A stretch of 64,000 bases of DNA, from NCBI GenBank assembly GCA_051546255.1, contig CP128815.1, positions 434,001 through 498,000 of the forward strand. Reading direction: 5' to 3'. A program made the translations under genes and the position numbers. Below the pieces are notes generated by a model. It did not search any database. It saw only the letters and a program-made list of their open reading frames with translations, and had not been told where the DNA came from. Positions 43,384-54,222 of this stretch are shown here, piece after piece (position 1 is the first letter of the stretch; each line of letters starts with the position of its first letter). The stretch comes from Meyerozyma guilliermondii (Eukaryota).

Positions 43384-45171
43384 GCGAATTTTTGGTGAGA
43401 AAATCCGAGCTACGTCACCCGAGATTGAAACTGTCCCACGCGCCAGAGGTTTGGTATGTCTCAAAAGTGCTAATTCGACTTTTAAAATTGAGGATGGGAC
43501 GACCTTTTCGATTGCCAGCCAATTATAACCCCTATGAGCTGGGAGGAGTCAGTGAACTTTAAAGACTAAAATTGTAACTCAAATGGCCTTCTCCGCATCT
43601 TCATACCTTGACTCTCCGGTGACTTATTCATAAACATATAAATATTGAGGATGGGACGACCTTTAAACTATGGTTCTGAAGCTAAAACATTTCAACTTTT
43701 ATTCATGCCCTATTCCCACCTTTTTAGACGTCTTACAGGACTGTGATTTGATAGGTGTTCAGTTTAGCTCTTGAAAGTTGGACAATTTTGATGACTTCCT
43801 TTGTTTTTGCAGATGTCAAGGTCCTAAAGTAATTCTATTTCTACTCTATCTAGAAGTTAACATTCTCAGTTTATATTGTGAGTTCTATGTTTAGAAAGAG
43901 TTGGATTTACCGCTTAACTCATGCCCAATAAGAGCCTCTATTACGGTGCTTCTTGTAATCTCAAGCAATTGTGGCTAACTACGTTTTAGTCACCGGCAAT
44001 ATCAGAATTTGCAGCCAATTTTGCGAGTACTCTACTCGAAGTTGTTGGCAGCTGTGCCACCTTTGGTACTTTCTCTGATCTACTCTTAAACTCCAGCCGA
44101 CTCCTTGAATCTCATCTGCCATGGAAGTATTGGCTTGTGACTCGAAGCTTCATTCGCACCTCGTTATCAGTTCTAGAGGGTACAATTGATTTAGGTTGTG
44201 AAATGTGGTGAAGAAGATTGCTCTGTTGAGGAGTTGAAGGAGCCCAGTTACTTCTTGGTGAGTTTCGAAGCTGTCAGTTTGGATCCTTTTTGAATTCTAA
44301 CCGCTCATCTGACTGCTTATGACAAGACCAGTGATGGGTGGTATGGAAGATACGTAAAAAGAATCATAGCTAGCAAGCTGAAATTAGTGAAGGGTACTAT
44401 AGGAGCCACTGTCGTGTAACTGTTTATTACTTTTCAAAAATAAATCACCAAATGATAATGGTCAATTTTTCAGGGTTTGCATTTTTCCAGAATTTTGTAA
44501 TTTCTCACTTCATTCAATTCATGAATCTACTTGAACATCGAATGCTGCTTTTTATTTGAGATTTCATTCAAATTGCTGGCTTAATCCCATTAGCATTCAG
44601 TTGATACATCGTATTCCTGTTTACTCACCATTGCTTTGTTACCAAAGGCTACTTTGTGCAGAGAAAAAACAGCAGAAATATCATTAATTCATTAGCTTTA
44701 AGTTAGTCGTATCTGAGCAAACTCCCTTAGATATCAAGAGATTGCCATTTTCTTTTTTTTCGAAGAGGGCCACTCTCACATTTTCGTTTCCCCTTTATTT
44801 CCTTACTTGCAAACATCAGTCATCAGAAGTTCCCTTGTACCACGTATGGCTGAATTGATGTTGCTCAACGTATGCTTTTACATCAATTTCATTTTGCACT
44901 GGCGGAACACTTGCATTTTTCACAGCAATTGCATAGTTTTGAGCGGTTTGGCGAGGTCTGGACATCCCCTTAGCACAATCTTGGAACAATAATCACGAAA
45001 GAAAAGCAGCACACTGTTCTGGAGACTATCATCATGGCTTCAAATTCAAGGTAATTTCTTGTTGTTCCAAATGGTTGCAAAGCAGTTTCTGGCCGTTAAG
45101 AATTATTCCTTTGGGCTGAAACTCAAACTGCTATTCTTTTGAGTAGGCAGCTAGAACTCTCCTTTTTTCAC

Positions 45172-46392
45172 TTATAAATAACTTGAATCGAGTAATCGGT
45201 AGGTTGCGAACACTTCAGGCGACTTGGAAACAAATTCCCGAAGAAGTTCATCGACCATTTCCTTGCTTCTTGAAGTGAATCTTTTTGTCACTCTACCACC
45301 CACCGATTCTGTTGATTCATTGAATGTGTTGATTTTCACCGATAATTGCAGTATTCTAAGTCCCTTTATGACTCGATAAAGCTCAAGAAGGTCCACTTGC
45401 AGAAAACCCTTTACAATCGGGGTGGTAAGCGATGAAATCCTCACATATTCAACCGTACATCGATGGAGCAGAATGTACTGTCTTTCTCTGGGACACTTTA
45501 CCCACTTACACGATTCAATATGGTTAAACTCTTCGATCAAAAGCGGAACTGTTTCAATACCGACGCCAAGTATACATGGTCTACCATCGGGGTAATTTGG
45601 GGGATCTCGGGATGGACGGACTTTTCCATTGCTCAAAGGAAGGTGGATAACTCTAGAATGAACGTTTTGCGTATTATCGATAGTCGGGGAGATTTGCGTA
45701 TTGTCGATAATTGTGGAGATTCGCATATTGTCGATAGCTGGGGAGATTTGCGGATTTTCGATAGCTGGCCGGCTTTGGACATCATGGTCAATAGTTGGCG
45801 AGATTTGCGTATTTTTGATAGCTGGGGAGATTCGCGTATCATCGATAATTGTGGAAATCTGCATATTTTCGATAGCTGGCCGGCTTTGGGCACAATGATC
45901 AATAGTTGGCGAGATTTGCGTATTGTCGATAGCTGGGGAGAATTGCGGATTTTCGATAGTTGGGGAGCTTTGCGTATCACAGTCAATAGCTTGCGGGCTT
46001 TGGGTATTATGGTCAATAGCTGGTGGGGTATCATCATCAATAGCTTGTGGGCTTTGTGTACCAACTTCGATTGGCGAGTTTTGCGTACTATTTTTAATTG
46101 GCAAGATTTGCGTAGTTGGCAGGCTTTGCTTTTGATTCATCATAGATTTGATTGTTTCAACAAGTTCTCTATGATTTTCTTCTTGGACTCTCATAGTTTC
46201 TTCATGAATCCACATAGTTTCTTCATAGTACCTCTTAGTTTCTTCATGGATTCTCCTAGTTTCTTCTCGGTACTTCCTAATTTCTTCGCAAAAAGCATGA
46301 ATGCTTTTGCTCCTCTCTTCGTATTCCGCCTCAATCGTACCGTGTCTTCGACGTTTCCTTTTTTGAATTGTATCATTAATGTGATCCGTCAT
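45172..46392 (-). CDS. GCR1_C-domain putative DNA-binding protein, copy A: coiled coil, internal repeats, GCR1_C
   Basis: C-terminal GIETVPLLIEEF....KW....ERQY....R..VEYV.....VDLLELYR...L...QLS.KI resembles the Gcr1/Msn1/Hot1/Ndc10 C-terminal domain; paralog at 58909. Confidence 0.7.
   Translation of the reverse strand: MTDHINDTIQKRKRRRHGTIEAEYEERSKSIHAFCEEIRKYREETRRIHEETKRYYEETMWIHEETMRVQEENHRELVETIKSMMNQKQSLPTTQILPIKNSTQNSPIEVGTQSPQAIDDDTPPAIDHNTQSPQAIDCDTQSSPTIENPQFSPAIDNTQISPTIDHCAQSRPAIENMQISTIIDDTRISPAIKNTQISPTIDHDVQSRPAIENPQISPAIDNMRISTIIDNTQISPTIDNTQNVHSRVIHLPLSNGKVRPSRDPPNYPDGRPCILGVGIETVPLLIEEFNHIESCKWVKCPRERQYILLHRCTVEYVRISSLTTPIVKGFLQVDLLELYRVIKGLRILQLSVKINTFNESTESVGGRVTKRFTSRSKEMVDELLREFVSKSPEVFATYRLLDSSYL
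45670..46070 (-). repeat. Coding minisatellite of 27-30 bp units (ISPAIDNTQ-like)
   Basis: Recurrent gatagctggggagatttgcg / tcgataattgtgg units. Confidence 0.9.
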
Positions 46393-47077
46393 TTCCCTTA
46401 TCAAGAAATTAATTAATTTCGCGTTTTAATGGTTGCAAATTATTGATCCGAAATCCCAGCTTGCATGCATGACGAAAATGAAGTCTTGAGATATTCAACA
46501 AGGTCAATGGATATTTAGGGAATTCTTAAAAGGCCATTGAAGCCTTCGTAGGCAATAATTGCACATTTAGAATCGATACACTCTTAGGTATTTTAAGAGT
46601 TATTAGTTTTCCTTGAGTTAATAACTAGTTTTCGATTTCTATCCTGATCCGAGATCAGAAACGAACTATTGCCTTGTAATTTAACTGGCTGATACAGTAG
46701 TTGGTAATTGTATGATTGTTTCTTGTCATAAGTTGAGAGCCTAGCATCGCATTTCTTTGGTGAACACTCAATTTCTTATACAAATGTCCAATTTAAGGAA
46801 GATTGCACGAGTACAATGCATAGTTTATCCTCACAATAGCCCGAGACCTTCGCTAACTATCCCATTGTTCAATGAAATAAGCCTTCCGTAAGCATTTATT
46901 TTTAGCACTCGCGAAATAGGCCATCGTACTTCAACCACCACCAAATAATATTAGGCGTTATCACAACAGATAAAACACCATGTGGGTGACCTCGCGGCTA
47001 AATAGGGATTTCTGTAGCGTATATAAAACGGGAGTATTGCAGATTTATAGTAGTTTTAAGTTTTACTCAATTGCAAT

Positions 47078-47449
47078 ATGTGGCCCAATATAGTAGCGTT
47101 GGAAGTGGGTTGTGGGGCAACCCGCACAACTTACACCACTTTTGACTTGAATCTGACTTTAGATGCATACTACTGTGGGCAAAAACAGACTTTTTATTCC
47201 ATGAAAAAAAAGTTGAAGAATGCGAGACTTACAGACGCTGAGATAACTGAGACCGGGTTGGTCTTGAAGTGTGGGGAAGGGTTTCAAAATTTAACCACAT
47301 TCAACTACAATCTGACTTTGAATGCATCGTATTGTGGGGGACAAGAGGGTGAGTACTTGGCAAAGCGCCAGTCAAATGCGGGGAGTGGTAGAGATGTTAA
47401 ACTTGCTTGGATTTGTCTTGTAGTTGTTGCTGCTACTTTGGTTCTTTGA
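47078..47449 (+). CDS. Novel small Cys-loop surface-type protein, family 1 copy 1 (two loops plus hydrophobic C-terminal tail)
   Basis: TATATAAAA about 55 bp upstream; 2 x CG-x-TTF.(Y/L)NSTL.A.YCG; GPI-like tail. Confidence 0.75.
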   Translation: MWPNIVALEVGCGATRTTYTTFDLNLTLDAYYCGQKQTFYSMKKKLKNARLTDAEITETGLVLKCGEGFQNLTTFNYNLTLNASYCGGQEGEYLAKRQSNAGSGRDVKLAWICLVVVAATLVL

Positions 47450-48029
47450 GTCTACTGAACTAGCTAAAAATGATCAATTTCGCTTCATTATGCGTGAGTA
47501 GAACCTTGACATGAGTTTACGAGCTTAATTGCATTGCATTACATAAAATTTACGAGGTTGAAAATTAGTGCAAATAGCCCAAGAAAAGCTGGTTCAGAAC
47601 TGAAAATGAGAATGTAATAGAACGATGTATAGTAGTTTATCCTCATATAGTCCGCGTGCGTCGCTGACTATCAGTTGTGCAAATATTTTTTAGGCACTCG
47701 CGCCATTTTATTTTCAGTCGATAACTAAATTAGTGGAGATGATGAATGTGAGAGTCTGTAAAGAACTTAGATCTAGCTGCTTCAATAGGCATCTGACCCT
47801 ATGAGAAGAGTAAGGGCCAATAAGTCAATAAGACAAGATACCAAGAATGCTTCTAGGGTAATTGTAGGATACCTTTTGATTAAATATGAAGATTTTCATC
47901 AAATTTGACTTTGGAAATTCCGTAACTGTCACTCCAACAAATAATACCGGATCCTCGAATGTTAGAGAGGGCTTATAGCTCATATAAATAGGCACTATTT
48001 TCATTTTTGTTTAACTCAAGTTCATTTCC

Positions 48030-48218
48030 ATTGACACGAGATGTGGGGAAGAATGGACTCATACCTACAACACTTTTTAACTACAATCTGGCTTTATCAG
48101 CATAAAACTGTGGGAAAGCAAGAGAATATACGAGTCCATGCACCCCAAGTGTAGCACGGCGAGTCGCAGAGATGCTAAATTTGGCTGAATTTGTCTTATT
48201 ATTAAGATAGTCCTCTGA
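48030..48218 (+). pseudogene. Degenerate family 1 copy
   Basis: tgtggggaa...acttttt aactacaatctg...gca TAA aactgtggg...gatgctaaatttggctgaatttgtctt; contains a stop and a frameshift. Confidence 0.7.
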
Positions 48219-48467
48219 GCCTATGTTTCACTAGCCATCGACAAAAATCATCTGCTGAAACCAAAATCGTGATTCATGGCTAAATTAGTTGCGCACCATA
48301 CGGTTACGATATCAATTTGCAGCCAATTCGCACTCGCTTAAAGATGCCATTTATTTTACGTTGGTGCCGTGCGAGTTCACTAAATAATATCAAGTAGTGG
48401 CTTTTATCTCTTATATAAAATGGGCATTATCTAAATTTTTAGTAGTTTCACTCAATAATTTCACAAT

Positions 48468-48863
48468 ATGTCCAATTTCTGGCCCCAAATGATAGAGTTG
48501 CAAGTGGGTTGTGGGGCAACCCGCACAACGTACACCACTTTTGATTACAATCTGACTGTAGATGCATACTATTGTGCGCAAAAAGATACTTTTTATTCCC
48601 AGAAAGACAAGAAGAAACGCAAACTCCCTGCAGTTCTCTCAGGTGCTACGATAACTGAGGAGGGCGAGTTGTTCTTGCAGTGTGGAGAAAATTCGAACCA
48701 AACGTACACCACTTTTAACTACAATCTGACTTTAAATGCATCCTATTGTGGAGGTCAGCAAGGTGAGTACGTGGTAAGCCGCCAGTCAAGCTCGGCAAGT
48801 GGTAAAGATGCTAAATTTGCTTGGATTTGTGTTATACTTTTTGCTGTTTACTTGGTGGTTTGA
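48468..48863 (+). CDS. Family 1 copy 2 (two Cys loops plus hydrophobic tail)
   Basis: Clear paralog of 47078; TATATAAAA upstream. Confidence 0.75.
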   Translation: MSNFWPQMIELQVGCGATRTTYTTFDYNLTVDAYYCAQKDTFYSQKDKKKRKLPAVLSGATITEEGELFLQCGENSNQTYTTFNYNLTLNASYCGGQQGEYVVSRQSSSASGKDAKFAWICVILFAVYLVV

Positions 48864-49412
48864 GAGTGAATTTTCTTAGCCGAAAATGATCATTTGTGAT
48901 TTGACATTAACATTGAATTCGCAATGGACTCTTCCACATCATGCGTGATAACATTGCTTTACGTGTTTAAGAAAATGAAAGGATTACTAGCATTTCCAAA
49001 GTTGAAAGCCCAAAGAAAAGTTTTCGAGATTGTAATTTCTGATTAGAACAATGCATAATAATTTTCACGTAGTCAGTGAGCTTCGCTGAATATGCAATTA
49101 TTTCTCCGGCACTCGATATCTATATTTAGTGCCGTTGTTAAGGTGGAGAGTCTGCACCAGAGCCTAATCTTTGCTTAGATAAGGTATCAGACCTTGAAAG
49201 AAGCAGTTAAGGCTAATACGTTTCCTTAGGACAAGGATGCCAAGACAAGAGTTAATGCCTCTAGGCTTATTGTGAGATATCCTCTAACTAGATATGGAAA
49301 TAAAACCACATTATCCCAACTGTCACTCCGACCTACTATTAATTTAGGATCATGATAGAGGGCTTAAATCTCATATAAAATAGGCATTACTTTGAATTTT
49401 CTCAAGTGTAAT

Positions 49413-49642
49413 ATGACCCCGTGTCAATCAGCGGTACCTGAGAACGGGCTGCACTTGGATTGTGGCGCACAGAACCTAACGATATACACTTTTGACTACA
49501 ATTGGACTATGGGTGCATAATATTGTGGGTTATACAGGGTGAGTACGAGGCAAAGCACCGCAAGTCAAACGGGGCGAGTCTTAGAGATACTAAATTGTCT
49601 TGGATTTGTCTTGTAATTCTAGCTGTTAACTTTGTCCTTTAA
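49413..49642 (+). pseudogene. Family 1 single-loop copy, disrupted
   Basis: Homologous to 51694; Tyr codon replaced by TAA in the AYYCG motif, followed by a 1-nt frameshift. Confidence 0.8.
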
Positions 49643-50166
49643 GTTACGTACTGATCTACAATCGATATCATCTACTATAAGCTTGCGAATTTGCAGCCAA
49701 TTTCCTCGCGTAAAGATGCCATTTTCGCGATACTAAAATTGGTGCCGTGCTGAGTGGATACAGTACCAATAATATCCGCTATCTTGCCTAAGAGGGCCAA
49801 AGCTCCACCGTCTGATAAGCCCATATAGTCAGATGTGGTTTTGAGGGATATCTTGAAACATCCACATTAATATGAAACTCCACATTAATCTAACATTAGT
49901 TAAGCAGTTGCTCGGTTCTGATCCAGGTACCCCTATTTCAACAGAGCTCTCTACAATTTTTATTCTAATTGAGAGGAAGAGATACTGTTCCACGTGAATA
50001 TCTACGTATGTAGTCGAATTGTTTTACGAAAGTATACGATAAGTTTATACAGTACGGGCATATGGTCTGCAGGATGGCGCATATTTCTTGCGTCAAAAAA
50101 GATTACTTAAACACGCCATTTGGAGAAGTTCGCACGACGAAAATTGATTCCATTTAATAGTCAGTA

Positions 50167-50915
50167 ATGCCCTATTATGCAATTATCAACGGTAGAGTGA
50201 CAGGAGTCTTACTGAACTGGCAAGATTGCAAAAATTCCGTCTTGGGATACAGCAATTCATGGTTCAGAAAGTTCGAAACAGAGGATGAAGCATGGGATTT
50301 TTTATGGAAAATCAGTCAGATTCATATTCGGATTCAGATTCATAAGAAAGTTACCTGTTAGGCTATGACGGAAGTGATTATTCCGTCACAAAGTCTGACG
50401 ACGAAGATGACGAAATCGAACATATCTACATTGATGGAGCTTGTAGAGGAAACGGAATGTATGATCGTCCTGAATCTGGATATGGTGTCTTTTATGGAGA
50501 TGGAGATGAGCGGAATGTTGCTGTTGCCTTATCAAGTGTTGATGATATACCAGGAACGAGCCAAAGAGCAGAATTGCACGCATTGGACCATGCTGTCTCC
50601 AATATTGCCGATTTCTTAGATGAATATAATCCAGATAAGGAGTATGTCATCCATACCGACTCGCAATACGTCATCAAGGCTACTACGGTCTGGATCAAGA
50701 AATGGAAGTCCAATGGCTGGACTACATCTTATGGGAAATCTGTGGCTAATCAAGACCTCATAAAAAGAATATTTTCGAACTTGAACCGTATCAATAAGGA
50801 ACTTGAAGACAACGGCTTTTCTGCGGTAAAGCTTGAACACGTTGCTGGCCATTCCGGAGACTACGGAAATGAAATGGCAGATCAATTGGCCAACGAGGGA
50901 GCTGACATGGATTAA
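50167..50915 (+). pseudogene. RNase H1 gene (one hybrid-binding domain plus RNase H domain), disrupted
   Basis: YYAI.NGR.TGV..NW.DCK..V.GY....FRKF.T..EA..F; IYIDGACRGNG, TSQRAEL, IHTDSQY, HVAGHSG..GNE.AD.LA; frame break near 50300 and TAA at 50343-50345. Confidence 0.85.
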
Positions 50916-51693
50916 TCAGTACTGAAATCTCTCGCAAACGGATTGCCCTACACTTTTGTGGATTGAGTTGTTCGCGGTTATGAAATTTTTCGTAAGTCTC
51001 TTTAAACTTTAATTCCGAAAGAGGAAGACTTATTGCTCAGATGTCTCAGCTCCAGTAGCTAACTTGGTCAAGTAAATATAGCTCCTTTTGTTTCGCTTAA
51101 AACAGCATTATGCCTTAACAGGCGTATCACTTATGTAGTGTTATTGAAGGGTGACTTTGAACGGAAAATATATTAGGGTTTGTATTGATCAGCCACATGC
51201 TCGTAAATGCATGCAAATGCAAATGCGAGTAACTGTACATCAATGCACCACGGAACCACGAAGGGTATCAATGTCAATTTGGGTGCAAAATGTGCCAAAT
51301 GTTTAAATTCAAAATGATAAAGAACTCAAATTAAAGTCAATTTCCACGATTGTGTACTTTGACCAAACATATATTGAAGACTCCATAACATTGACGAGCT
51401 TCAATAACATGGATCACTGTATTTCGTAGCAATTTCAACCTAAGAAAATTTCAAAAATTGTAACTGAGATTATAACGCAAACAATGAATAGTAGTTTATT
51501 CTCATACTAGTCCGTGAGCTTCACTTTTTTAATTGTGACAGTATTTTTTAGGGCATTTTATTTCCGCGATAATAAATTGGAGCCATGCTGAGTGGGCTCA
51601 GTACAAATAATATTAGTCGTTATCTTGTCTAGGGGCTTATTGCTAGTATCAAGGGCCGATGTTTTGATTATAGTATTTTGACTCAATTGTAAT

Positions 51694-51921
51694 ATGTCCC
51701 TGTGGCAACCAGAGGTACCGGGAGAGTTGCACTTGGATTGCGGGTGGGAGAACTTGACGGTATACAATTATGACTACAATTGGACTATGGGTGCATACTA
51801 TTGTGGGATATATAGGGGTGAGTATGAGAGAGATCACCGCAAGTCAGACGCGGCGAGCCTTAGAAGTGTAAAATTTGGTTGGATTTGTCTTGTAATTCTT
51901 GCTGTTACTGTAGTGCTTTGA
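51694..51921 (+). CDS. Family 1 copy 3 (single Cys loop plus hydrophobic tail)
   Basis: LDCGWENLTVYNYDYNWTMGAYYCG...GEY...KFGWICLVILAVTVVL. Confidence 0.65.
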   Translation: MSLWQPEVPGELHLDCGWENLTVYNYDYNWTMGAYYCGIYRGEYERDHRKSDAASLRSVKFGWICLVILAVTVVL

Positions 51922-51924
51922 GTC

Positions 51925-53220
51925 TACGAGCTACGATGTGAAATGCAAGACATGTTCTTTTACCGTATCCTGGACGTTTTGGATCAAAAGATAACTTGAT
52001 ATGGTAGTATAGAAGTCATATATAAATTTAGGACAGTATTTAACGGTAAGTCTCTTATAAATGTTTACTTATTGACCTTTAATAGGAGTTCATTTTAAGC
52101 AAACAGCGAAAGAAATTCTGACTTTTGGCAACTAATTTACTTTACAATTGATGAGGCGGTTCATTTTGGTCTTGCATGATCGGGATAATACAAACGGAGG
52201 CCCAGTAATGTGCCTCAACTCTAACTTCTCGAGTCTGTCGAAAATAGTGCGAGCTTTGACAAGTACGTGAGAAGAGAAAGAATAAGAAACAGTATAAGGA
52301 AGATCGAGAGAATGAAGGGAAAGTATAAGAGATGAAGTAGAAAGGGTAGCAGAATCAGTAGGCTGAACCTTTAGAGGCTTCCACTTTCTTTCGGTTTAGC
52401 TGTATATATTTACTTAGAAACTGAGTTTCGCAGCCACCTCTAATTTGGACAAAGATTTGACTGAACAAACTATGGCGACTCTGGGTTGCCTGAATAAAGA
52501 AAGCTTTCTTAGAAAAATTCAAAAAAAAAAACGACTCCAGAAGGAATGGCCTGAGGAGGAATGCCCTGATGTCGAAACGAGTATAATACCGTATTTAATC
52601 TTTTTTGGTATGTCGATGGGTTTGATCAGTATTTTAAGAGGGGTACATGAGCTAAGGGTTTCCCGTGAGCCATTAAAACTTATCCTCAGGTTCCTTCGTG
52701 TTGCTACGTGCGTTGTTGCGTGCGTTGTGACATGTTGCATCACTTTCAATTACTTCAGCCCATCATGGAAGATAACTATATCTGGAATTATCGATGTATT
52801 ACTCCACCAAGACTATGCAACTTTTGTTTTAGTTTGGGTATTAATTTTGATATTAACCCTATCAGCTCCACCCCGGAAGATCACAGAGGGAAAGGATGAA
52901 ATAAAAAACGAAAAGGATGAAATCAAAAACGAAAAGGATGCAATCAAAAAGGAATATGTTGAGGTATAATTACTTTGTGTTTAGAATGACTAGAAATGGT
53001 GGATCACCGTTCATGTTTTCTCGTTTTCGTCTTTAGTAATGTATGTTTGACCCACGTACTGTTTATCAGAAAGAAGAGATAGAGCAGAGAGTTTAAGGAA
53101 AATTGAGAGAATGAAGTAATCGGAAAGTATAAGGAAATTGAGAATAGATAGCAGAATCAGTTATCTCAGCGTCATTTTCAGGTTCTTTGACCTTCGGAAG
53201 CTTCCACTTTCTTTCGCGGC
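51925..53220. repeat. Segmental duplication; partner at ~56166-57895 carries a solo LTR
   Basis: Collinear shared sequence from acgagctacgatgt to ttccactttctttcgc. Confidence 0.9.
52472..52969 (+). CDS. Novel small multi-TM protein, family 2 copy 1
   Basis: About 3 hydrophobic segments, L.VSREPLKLILRF motif, KDEIKNE repeats; first ATG at 52472. Confidence 0.7.
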   Translation: MATLGCLNKESFLRKIQKKKRLQKEWPEEECPDVETSIIPYLIFFGMSMGLISILRGVHELRVSREPLKLILRFLRVATCVVACVVTCCITFNYFSPSWKITISGIIDVLLHQDYATFVLVWVLILILTLSAPPRKITEGKDEIKNEKDEIKNEKDAIKKEYVEV

Positions 53221-53294
53221 TCTAGGTTGGCAGATTACTTGCTGTATACGTTTACTTAAAACCCGAGTTTCGCAGCGCACCTAAAGGAAGAAAA

Positions 53295-53612
53295 ATGCTT
53301 GAAGTTGTGAGGGCAATCTTGACTGAAGAAGCTATGGAAGACGACATGCTGAAGTTGAAGACAGTGCACTTTTATACTATTATATTGTTTTGTTTTAGCT
53401 GGGTAGCACTTCTGGCTGATGAAATGATTGGAGGATATGCCTGGTTGTGTTGTGTGGCGATTCATGTGATCTGTACTGCTACATGGTTAAACATTGTAAA
53501 AGCTTCCCCTCGATATGAGGATCCATGGTGTATGATATATAGCTTATCTTGTCTTATTTGGTGGCTTCTGTCATGTTATGGGGTTTACGATATCTACTGC
53601 CAAGCAGAGTAA
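53295..53612 (+). CDS. Small 3-TM protein, possibly a distant member of family 2
   Basis: Hydrophobic 105-aa ORF behind the same purine-rich promoter block as 52472 and 57124. Confidence 0.55.
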   Translation: MLEVVRAILTEEAMEDDMLKLKTVHFYTIILFCFSWVALLADEMIGGYAWLCCVAIHVICTATWLNIVKASPRYEDPWCMIYSLSCLIWWLLSCYGVYDIYCQAE

Positions 53613-54222
53613 TACAACTACAAAGATTCTTCGTTACATCGTTCAGTACTTATATTTGCAGCTAGTCAGTGAATTGATATGTTTATGTTTAGTATTTGTA
53701 TTTTTCGTACTGTTTGTTTGAAATAGCATAGCTTTCTATTTGGTTGCAAATTCAGCCGCGCGCGGCTCGATAAGAGGCTGCATACATACGAAGTAGTGGC
53801 TTTTACCAGCCAAATTGTACACCAGTACACCAAAGGGTTCCTTATGACCGACCTTTTCACGGTATCACTCTAGAGCTCTTAATACTTTAAGAAAGTGATG
53901 CCAATGAACAATTTCGAGACATGATATCCAAGTATGCTGCTTCTAGGATTTAGGTGATAAAAGACCATTGATCGTAGCTTTTGTTGATGGTATATGTAGG
54001 ATTTCCCGGATTTAGTGTTATATGCAGTGCATATGACTGCTAAAATGTGGTACATCATCAACCCCCATTTGATAAGGAGGGTGACCTCTGACCCGCATGC
54101 TGCAGATACGGTGGCAAAAGTGGTGGCAACCCCGCTTTGCCAAGCTATAAATATGGGACCCATTCCAGGGGATAAATTCCAATCCTTTATCACATTAATA
54201 CTTCTGTAATTTTTGATCAGAA

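Noticed and set aside
45463..46416. 317-aa + strand ORF with DSWGDLRI repeats
   Set aside because: Antisense shadow of the minisatellite in the GCR1_C gene; the paralog has no equivalent long ORF.
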